Assembly: GCA_051294375.1 (NCBI GenBank)
Contig: JBJCIZ010000506.1
Location: 1-31,197 of the forward strand
DNA from: Paraspadella gotoi
Taxonomy: Eukaryota; Animalia; Chaetognatha
DNA length: 31,197 bases
Direction: 5' to 3'
Position numbers and translations under genes: made by a program. Under the pieces are notes generated by a model, which worked only from the letters and a program-made list of their open reading frames with translations, was not told where the DNA came from and searched no databases. The first letter of the stretch is position 1, and the number at the start of each line of letters is the position of its first letter. Below are positions 22,470 through 31,197 of this stretch, piece after piece.

Positions 22470-23325
22470 TAATAAGCGTGAACCCTCTGTGATGCGATAA
22501 TTTTGTCATCATTCCTCTGCAGAAGCTCGTGGTCCGATGACGCCGCATCTGATCGTCCAGCACAACCACCGCCTTTTTTGTCCTCAAGTTTTCTCTCGGA
22601 AATAAACTCTTCGTTCGAAGCCTTCAATTGAAATTGATATTGTTGTTGCGAGGTTCGTGGAAAGACCTCTTTTGATCGCAATCGTAAAAATTAGTAAATA
22701 TGTCAGGGAACCTGTGTGAGCAGCTTACCCGCGTTGCGTAAAAATTGTAGACAAACGTGTTTTCCGACCCCCGATGCGCGACAATGCGATATTGGAACCG
22801 AATGGATCTGAAGATCTAAGAGTCGTCACCAATTCCATTTCGAATTTAATAAATTAAAAATTTCTTGTACGTAATGTGGGGGTGGGTCCGAAGTTTCGTC
22901 GGTTTCCGCGTCTTGTAATTGTCTGTACACCAAAATATTTTTTAGTGAATTTAACGCTCTCATAACTCCCGCAGTGCCTGGCCTGCTCGTCTCTTCCTTT
23001 TTGGAAATATTGTATAAACAATTTATCCTGTTGCCTCCGAAAATTTCTTTTATACCTTCCGCGATTACCATTTCGTTCTTTTGTATTTTTCTTCCGTAAT
23101 GTCATTAATTTCGTTTTGGCATCGGTTTGAATTTTAATATTTGTGTCCTGCTAGCGTTATCCATCGTTCGAGTATTGGGTTTTATTTGTATATAGAGATA
23201 GCTCGTTTCTTAGTCTTAAGTTTTTCGTTTTCGAGTAAATATTTTTTTCTAACTCGTGATTATGCGCTTTATGGTAAAATTTGCCTTATGGCTTCGTCTA
23301 ACTCGATTAAATTTTGCGGTCTCAT
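22470..23325 (-). pseudogene. Possible frameshifted coding region ('ORF X'), unknown product
   Basis: Successive protein-like minus-strand fragments: MRPQNLIELDEAIRQ (ATG 23325), ORF 22826-23071 and ORF 22433-22681. Absent from copy 1. Confidence 0.3.
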
Positions 23326-23534
23326 ATTATCCGTTATTGGGGATAACAAATAAAAAATATTTCTAACGATGGTCGAACGAATTTTAAAATATGCGGGCGA
23401 TGGTCACGCTTTTTATAATTTTCTTTTTTGTATTACCGCCTCTGTCGGAAATCTGTGAAATAAAAAATACTTCTGTCGTTATTGTTTTTTCTATAGTATT
23501 GCAAATTGACTATGAATAGACATAAACAATGGTC

Positions 23535-23742
23535 GGAACCCGCATATTCGCGAAAGTTTTTTATGGAGACGCGTGCCTCTGAGTGACAGAAGGGTAAACA
23601 TTGCCTCTGGGTATGAGCTGTCAACGATTGACGATCTGGGGAAACCCGCATATTCGGCGAAAGTTTTTTATGAGGACGCGTCCCTCTGTGTGACAGGAGG
23701 TAAACATTGCCTCCGGATATGAGCTGTCAACGAGATGACGAG
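23535..23742. repeat. Two-copy ~105 bp tandem repeat
   Basis: AACCCGCATATTC(G)GCGAAAGTTTTTTATG...GTGACAG..GGTAAACATTGCCTC..ATGAGCTGTCAACGA repeated at ~23537 and ~23643. Confidence 0.92.
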
Positions 23743-23850
23743 TTTTGAAGGATATGCGGGCGCCGCTAGTTTAACCCGCAAAAGGTAGGAACATCGATGG
23801 TTCCAGTTGTATGTTCACGCCGGATGGAACAAGACGTCGCGTATATTCTG

Positions 23851-23888
<38 letters not shown>
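23851..23888. repeat. (CT)n microsatellite
   Basis: Directly visible. Confidence 0.95.
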
Positions 23889-23891
<3 letters not shown>

Positions 23892-23997
23892 CCGAAATGT
23901 CTGTTCTCGCGGGGGATAGAACCGCGGCGGTGATTTGTCTCTCGCGCGCGTTTGGACAGGTCGATTCGTGATTTGCATGTACTATTCCGGACTGTCG

Positions 23998-24800
23998 ATG
24001 CCTATTGCACCTACTGACGACGACTGCTACGAGCAACGGCTCGTCAGGCTGCCATCAGGCGAGCAAAAGTTCCGCGACAACACGACGGGTATCCTCACCC
24101 CCTACGGCAGACGGATGGGCTGCGACAACTGGAAATCTGGCGACAAAAGACGTTGACGGAGAAGGAGGCGCGACAACCTGGAGAACGCCCTACTGGCGCA
24201 GATGACGCGCAAGGCGCTCGCCGAAGGCCTTTTCAAAGGAGAATTCCACGAAGATGTAACGAGACTATTCAACCCGGAGACAGTCCTCAGACTAATCGAG
24301 ATGGAGGAGACCGAGAGGACCACGTCTTCGGGAAAGCCGCCACAAAAATAAGGTCATCTGGCCCAAGCTAACCATCGGTTACCTGTCATTCTACGTCGTC
24401 CTGCCATCACCATTGTTTCCCTAGCCTCTCGAGAGGAATCCCCCCGATCAAATGCTTTGCACTGGTATTCTCCATCTGCAAAATTTTTGTGGACTACGAC
24501 AGTACCTTAAGGAATCAAAGCTGCGACAGACCCCGCCAAACACATACGAGGACCCCGCAAGGACGCCCGGCTTAAAGCACCACAAGGCGGACGTTGAGGA
24601 GGTCGTTGGCAACAACCTGATATCCTTGAACGCGATCCTCACCCGGCTAGAGGACGTCGAGATCAGGCTCGAACAACTGGAGTTCCCCGGCGCCTCCCGA
24701 CACCGTTTCGGAATCGAAGACGCCGAGGCGCGCCCCACAGCGCGCTCTCCCTCCCCAGAGCCCGAGGCACTAGCGCGGCCGCGCCCACTTCCGGAACCTG
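23998..24800 (+). CDS. Gene L copy 2: unknown protein with C-terminal coiled-coil-like segment (frameshifted; 3' end uncertain)
   Basis: MPIAPTDDDCYEQRLVRLPSGEQKFRDNTTGILTPYG..., LENALLAQMTRKALAEGLFKGEFHEDVTRLFNPETVLRLIEMEE..., NNLISLNAILTRLEDVEIRLEQLEFP followed by a P/E-rich tail. Confidence 0.6.
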
Positions 24801-25626
24801 ACACAGCCCATGGAAAACAAGGAGAAGCAACGCATGGAAGCATCAACATACGAATAAGCAGAAAAGAGACGCGGCGTCGTCTCGCAAAAAAAAAAAAAAC
24901 AAAAAAAATCCCAATATTTACGCTGAAATCAACGATCAAAGCAAACGAGGACGCTGTGATAGGGGATAATATGGGCATGGGAACTTCGCACTCACACAGC
25001 ACTCACCATTGTTGTAAATACTATTTTCGTTTGTTTTTTTTTTTGTCTCTCTTTTGTTTGCCTTACCTTCTTTCTACATTCCAAATTCGTTTTTTTTTTT
25101 TTTTTACTTAGTTAGCCCGTGTCTATGTATTGTCAAGTCCATCATTAATTGTACTACTGTTCTATGAATTGATTTTCTCTCTGTTATTGACCGTTTGACT
25201 TATTGATTACCCCCCCCTCCCCTCCCACCCCATTTTTTTTGTTTTTTTTACTCACCTGCACCACACTCGCCATGCACCGTTAGGTTTTTTTTTTTTCCAC
25301 TTAGGACCTCATGCACGTGCACGAGGACAGCCCGGGCCATTCGGGGCGCTGTTGTCCTCTCGGGCAATTTATGGGGCGCGTGAGGAGGAGGAGGCGACGC
25401 GAAGATCTTCTTCCCCCTCCCATTTCGCTTCCTTCTCCTTTTCGATCGGGGCTTCGCGCAGCCACGAGATTTTCCATTCTAGTTTCACTTCCCACTTTCT
25501 CTCTCTCCCGTTAAGACCTATTTCACGCTCCTCTGTAATTTTTATTATTTTCGTGTTCGTTTTTTTCATTATATACGCTTCACCACTACCTCTCGTGTTT
25601 ACTTTAGCCAGAGTCTTATTTCAGGG
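24015..25626 (-). repeat. Copy 2, piece 3 (inverted copy of ~1113-2785)
   Basis: Similarity ends at AGCCAGAGTCTTATTTCAGGG (~25606-25626), matching 1113-1136. Confidence 0.95.
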
Positions 25627-26580
25627 CAAACTTTGTTAATCTCTCAAACAACGAAAAAGAAAGGATAATTACCAAGAATATATTAAAAAAACCTCTGGCT
25701 TTTTTCGTCAGAGCTTAGTCCTACGCCAGGATATTAGATTTTCAGCTGAAGTTCGGTAGACCAAAGGTCATCCTATTTCGGCCGGTTCTCGGTTTTAGCC
25801 AATGTCCCACCCAAGGCTGTTTAGTTTTGAATATAAAGTCAAAAAGGCTATTTTTCAAGAACCTAATTTAAATGTCTGTCTTTCAAGTCACAATGCCTGT
25901 TAGAACGTACAAAGTATTTTGTATTGTGAAAGTTCAAAACCTTGAACCAATGTCAATTCATGTTAAATATATCAATTATCATTTCATTTAAATACTCACT
26001 AGTCAGGCAAGTGAACATTGATCAAAAACACGAAACTGCATTTTAATTATTCCCATGCCGGCTCCTCGCTTCCTCAGCAAGTCAGACTAAACGCGTTTTC
26101 TATCTCCCTGGTAGCGCGTGTAAACAAGCGTCGCTAAGCTTTAAACACGTCGACCGTAGCGCTAAGACGACTATTCGTTACAATAGTATTAATTAAATAA
26201 TGTTTTTTATGGTAAACAGAAATGTAATAAATATAAATATTATATTTTCTGAATAAAACAACTTAATTTTATTAGAAAATAGTAATTAAATACTCAAAAT
26301 AATTTGATATAAATATGCATCATTACCATTTATATATATCACTAATACATTAAAAATCGAAGTACATCTTTAGTACATGTTTTTGCCAAACTTACTTGTC
26401 ATTTGGGAAAAAATTAAATTTTAATGTTCGGATAAAATATTTGAGTTAATTTAATGAATATTAAGGTGTTTAATTAAGATTTTTTCCTGACGTCAATGTA
26501 TTATTTTCCCGCATTCTCGTTACTTTACTCCGAGTTAGGAAACGTAAAAGTATTGATGAAAAAGGAAAAGTAGTGATCAA

Positions 26581-27339
26581 AACTTTATATCCAGCTTTAT
26601 CACACACTTTCCTACTCACACACAAAATTTAATTCCAATCCAACCAGCCAATCACGAGTTATTGGAGCTTTTTGCTACGGATTTTGGGACGGATAGACGG
26701 ATCGATTGACTAATTAATTAATTATTGATTAATTTATTTATTAATTGATTAATTAACTGATTAATTATTTGATTTATTACTACATCCTGCATATACATTT
26801 AATATAAAAGGAAAAAGAAGCATAATCAATTAGTAAAACAGGTTTTTTGTTTTTTTCCATTTAAACTCATTTCCACTCAAACTATTCCATCGAAACTTGA
26901 TTTCCTGTTCAATCACACACTTTCCTACCCACATACAAAATTCCAAGTCAATCAGCCCATCCACTCATGAGCAATTGGTGTTCAAATAGTGAATATATTT
27001 TTTTTGTTTTTTCCATTTAAACTCATTTCCACTCGCACGATTCCATCGAAACTTCATATCCAGCTCAATCACACACCTATCCTCACACAAAATTTCATTT
27101 AAATCCATCCATCCAATCACGAGTAATTGGTGTTTTTTGCTAAGGTGGGACAGACGGACGGACGGCCAGACAGACAGACAGACGGACGGACGGACATCAT
27201 TTTTTTTGCATAATTTATCATAATTCGATGTTCTGACATGATATAAGTGTGTGCCCGACAATGTTGAGGGGGCGGACCGACGGACCGACAAAGTGAGTTA
27301 TAGAGTTGGGATCTGCTGATAAGCAGATTCGACTAAAAA
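26581..27339 (-). mobile_element. DINE-1/HINE-like non-autonomous Helentron-type repeat
   Basis: The minus strand starts TTTTTAGTC, then a short hairpin (GATCTGCT-gata-AGCAGATT, 27310-27329), a (GTCC/GTCT)n tract (27149-27195) and three diverged ~150 bp internal repeats (26581-26676, 26842-26983, 27001-27141). This is the layout described for DINE-1/HINE elements. The 3' end is not resolved. Confidence 0.6.
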
Positions 27340-27740
27340 TTGGGCGTGGAAAATGATCATTTTTTGTAGATTATTTTTCAACGTGTGGGTCGATTGATTT
27401 GAAATGTTACATCAACAATATTGACACCATTTCCTATCAGTAAATGTAAAAATATTTAAAATAACATTATAAACGACAAGGTAACTTGCCTATCTAGTCT
27501 GTTGCAAATCAACTGGACCACTGAAACAACTGGATGGATTGCTATTTGTTAAAATGACAGATTTTCTTTTATTTGTTATATTTTATTATTATATTATTTA
27601 TAGTATAATTAGAATCCAAAATAGAATATTCAATATAACAAATCAATGAAAGAACAACAAACTCACCCCTATTTTTGTAGTCGGGCATTGCATAAGTTCA
27701 CCCTGCCTATAAGCATGACACGTTCAGTTGTGACCCGATG

Positions 27741-27885
27741 GCTCATTGAGTACCGGGTTCAATCCTAACCCGGTACTTAGCATGAGCATGAGGTCGGCCC
27801 TAAGCCGCCTTGGGCCTTGGGGGCGTGGAAAACCCTCAAGCCTGGTTCCAAGCCCAGGACCCGTTCCATGGCTGCGAGAGCGGGT
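27741..27885 (+). ncRNA. Candidate structured RNA element: five back-to-back hairpins
   Basis: Stems paired by hand (see finding). G-T pairs in three stems favour folding of the + strand. Family not identified. Confidence 0.35.
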
Positions 27886-28988
27886 TAAAGAAGTTGCGGA
27901 TGGCACTTTTTAGCTCTACTTATCTCCTTTTCCACACTTAATATGTTAATATCATGACATGTTAAACATATGTTGGTGAGAAAAGGGAAGACAGCAAACG
28001 CCCAGTCAAAACCCCACCCTTTTTACTCGAAAGTTGAAAGACGGCCAATGCTCAGTTCAACCACTCTCGGCCTTCGGGGAAAAAGAAAAAATCCCAACTG
28101 AAAACCCAACAAAATTCACCAACCACTAGGCAGTCAAACCTACCAGAGGCAGCAGTTAAGGTACAGCGCTGGCCACCATGTGGTAACATGACCTTTGACC
28201 CTCAGATGTTATTAGAGAGCTAGTTATATTTCGTTCAAACTGACTATAGGTTTATAGTAAGATTTGCCTGAGTTAGTAGAATTTTGTTGAGTTGTTAATT
28301 ATATTAGAAAACAGGGAATTATAAGTTTCTTCTCCGAAGCTAAAAAAAAGAAGTGTACTAAATTCATTGCCTCTCTCTCGTCTCTCTCATTTGTTTATTT
28401 AAATCTAATCATTAAACCATAACATCCATTAAACTAATACCAGAAAGAAAATATAAGAGAGACTTGACCTTTTGTCTGAATAATTCTACAAAGACAAAAT
28501 TTTTTAATTAATGAAAATTGAGGCTACATAAAATATTATTGAAAATACAATGTACAAAATCATTCATATTAAGAAAAAACTAAAAACTGTAAAATTAACA
28601 ATTAACTGAGAATTTAAATAAAGGATTTTTATTGAAATTAAGAGTTTAATGAATAGTAAAGTAAGAAATTAATTATAATTAAATAAAAATTAAAGTAAGA
28701 GATAAATTTTAAGAGAAAAGTCTAAATTTTTATGAAAAGAAAAAGCTCATAAGTCAAAATAGAGCTGACCCCCCTCCTAACAAAGGGAGGCCGAGCTGAT
28801 GATCTTGGTAATGAACTTTTTTCATGGGTATTAAAATACTGAGTTACCACGATAACGTCTCCCATGGGATCATTTAGCTTGTTGTGTTGGGGTCTGGCAT
28901 ACTTTCTGCCAGAAAGATACTTCGTCACTCTTATGTCTTATCGGGCCTGATGCGCCAGCTGGCGGCCCTCTTTTCACCTTATGCCAAG

Positions 28989-30762
28989 GCATGTTGAGGC
29001 CTATTTCTTTCAATAAATTTTTTAGGTGATTTTTTTTGCCGATAAAGATTTTCATGTATATCATTAAACAGCATCGTTATCCAAACAATGGAAAAGTTAA
29101 ATTTCTAGATAAAATTGTTAAAAAAGATTTCGATCTATAGGCACTGCCTTCGCTTTCATCATAAATATATTAAAAATTTTGTGAGTGAATAGAAAAATAG
29201 GCGATTAAGCTGGAAATAAATTTCTCACAGAAGTTCAAAATAATTTGTGAAACAATTTCTTACTTTGAAACATGCTGAGGCCTCTTTATCCCAATAAATT
29301 TTTTACAAGATATTTTTGCGCCAATAAAGATTACATCTATTATTTGTTTCAGAGTCATGATTTTGGCAGATGATTGAATAGTAAATAGTTTGATTTGGTC
29401 TTTTCATGCCAATAATATAAAAGAAAAACAAATTATTTCTGGAAGTAACATAATATTTATTTTTAAATAAACACTGACCTTAAGGCCTGGGATCATTCAA
29501 ACAAGAATTGCATAAAGCTTTGTACAATTTATTATTATGTCAAAGAAAGTGTATTCCCTTCACGTTTCAAAAAAAAAACTCTAAATGATTAAGGTTCAGC
29601 TTCAAGAGGCAACTAAAAATCGGGCAATTTTTTTTATCAGTAAACCTTTTTAAACGCAAATTTTTAATTTTTTTTCAATTAACAGCACCTACCTCAGTGT
29701 AATACTAACAACTAAAACCAAGCCATTCCAATTATGTTATAGAATCAATTAATGATGAAAACATAAACGTTTATGTAGAGAGAGAGCAGAACGCTTATAT
29801 AAGGATGTCTATTATCATTTTATTACAAAAAAGAATGATTAAAAATTGTAAAATTTTTAAAATTCAAAGACATTCGTCCCCTGGCATCTGAAGTTGGGTC
29901 CACTTTGATAACAACCCTCAATGGTGCCATAGACTGCCACAGATTCCACAGACGTACCAGCCTCATGCTCTGCTTTTGACATTTAGTTTCTGTTCCCCAG
30001 GTTCAAAACTGGTTCAAAAACAAGACTGAGAAAAAAATAAATAACACTTTGCAGCATTCCTCTTTGTGCTTTCCCCAGCCACAGCCATTTGTTAATTTAA
30101 AAAAAAATTGTACAAAATTTGGATAAAACATCATTTAAACTAGAAATGAAAATAGATTTCGGAAAAGTGTAACGATTTTAAAGTTCTTTGCTCGACTTTC
30201 AGTTCTGTAAAATCTACAGAAAAAAAAAAAAAAAAACAAAAAGAGTTGGAGCTAAAACCGTTTGAAATAAAAATAAACTAAAATTATTTTTTTATAAGTA
30301 TGGAAAGGTGGGAGAAATTCTATGAGATGGATTTTGGAAAATGTTACTAGTTTTCAAGATATTTAGAATTTAATGCCAAAATTTTCTTATTCTTTTTTTT
30401 TTCTTATGAATTTGAAAAATCCCTCTCATAGAATTGGACCCTTGTCCTCAAGTAAATTTATGTAAAGTTTCATGAAAATCCCCTTAGACGTTTGGGCCGC
30501 AACTCTTCCGAAAGGTTTCTTTTATTTTATATAGTATTATAAAATTCGAAAAAACAGCAATGGATTCGAAGAGAAGATAAAGTGAATACAGAATCAACTG
30601 GACCTCTAATTTTCGAATACAAGCTTTATTTAATCCTAATTCTAACTTTTGGCCAGTGATCCCAGGCCTTAAGAGACTTCTGTCTCCCTCAAAGGTGCAT
30701 AACAAAATGAGAGACAAAATTTACATCTATGTCATTAAACAGCATTGTTATCTAAACAATAT
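28989..30762. repeat. Degenerate dispersed direct repeats (28989-29090, 29271-29345, 30713-30762)
   Basis: CATG(T/C)TGAGGCCT..CAATAAATTTTTTA..ATAAAGATT is shared by the first two; TCATTAAACAGCAT(C/T)GTTATC(C/T)AAACAAT is shared by the first and third. Confidence 0.7.
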
Positions 30763-31197
30763 ACAGTAGGGTGGAGTGATGAAAAGATTGAGCGATGGAA
30801 CAATATTTTTTTGCTGCCTTTGTATATGTAATAAAAAATAATTCAACCCTTTTTCAAAAAAAATTTGCATAGCAGTATCATTAATTGAATTTTCTTTATA
30901 GTAATATCCTCATTTAAGTAAGTAGACAGAGATTTCAACATGAAACCAAAGTGGATTTTATTCTCGGAAAAGTCACAAGCAAAGAGCGGCGTGAGACAGT
31001 TTAACACAATACAGAAAATGCTCGGTATTTATACAGAGTGAACGGATCAACGACATGGGCTCTCTTCCCGATGGCATGAAGCCCATCTTCTCATTGGTTG
31101 ATTCTCGGTGGTGATTCATCCAATCAGAGAGTCCTCGGTTGATTTCATCCGAGTTGTCGATCCGGTTTGGTTCTGATTCGATTCCAATATTTTCTCT

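Noticed and set aside
26055-26090. CTCCTCGC resembling an HDV-like ribozyme loop
   Set aside because: The P1/P2/P3 pairings could not be completed.
28796-28820. CTGATGA as a hammerhead ribozyme core
   Set aside because: No stem II or GAAA partner could be built.

Overview
Eukaryotic (probably invertebrate animal) draft-assembly DNA with four N gaps, many apparent indel errors, (GA)n microsatellites and GT-AG introns. No rRNA, tRNA or CRISPR is visible. The clearest feature is a minus-strand LTR-retroelement pol fragment (~6990-11168) in RT - RNase H - long linker - integrase (HHCC, DDE) order. Its RT has a YADN motif, and CpG content rises sharply between the RT/RH part and the integrase. 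Directly downstream of pol lies a ~5.6 kb CpG-rich block (1113-6712) with three parts: a five-exon gene antisense to pol encoding a very basic K/R/S/A-rich protein, a divergent gene in pol sense with a C-terminal coiled-coil-like segment, and between them a ~150 bp tandem repeat packed with RFX X-box-like and E2F-like motifs. The block recurs in inverted orientation in three pieces (11269-12648, 20429-22432, 24015-25626), separated by different 7.8 kb and 1.6 kb segments. The best hypothesis is a large, divergent LTR retroelement family carrying its own intron-containing antisense cargo. The head-to-head arrangement of the two copies may be a scaffolding artefact. The right end (25630-31197) is AT-rich, with a DINE-1/HINE-like repeat and a cluster of five back-to-back hairpins. 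All alignments and counts were done by eye, so boundaries are approximate.
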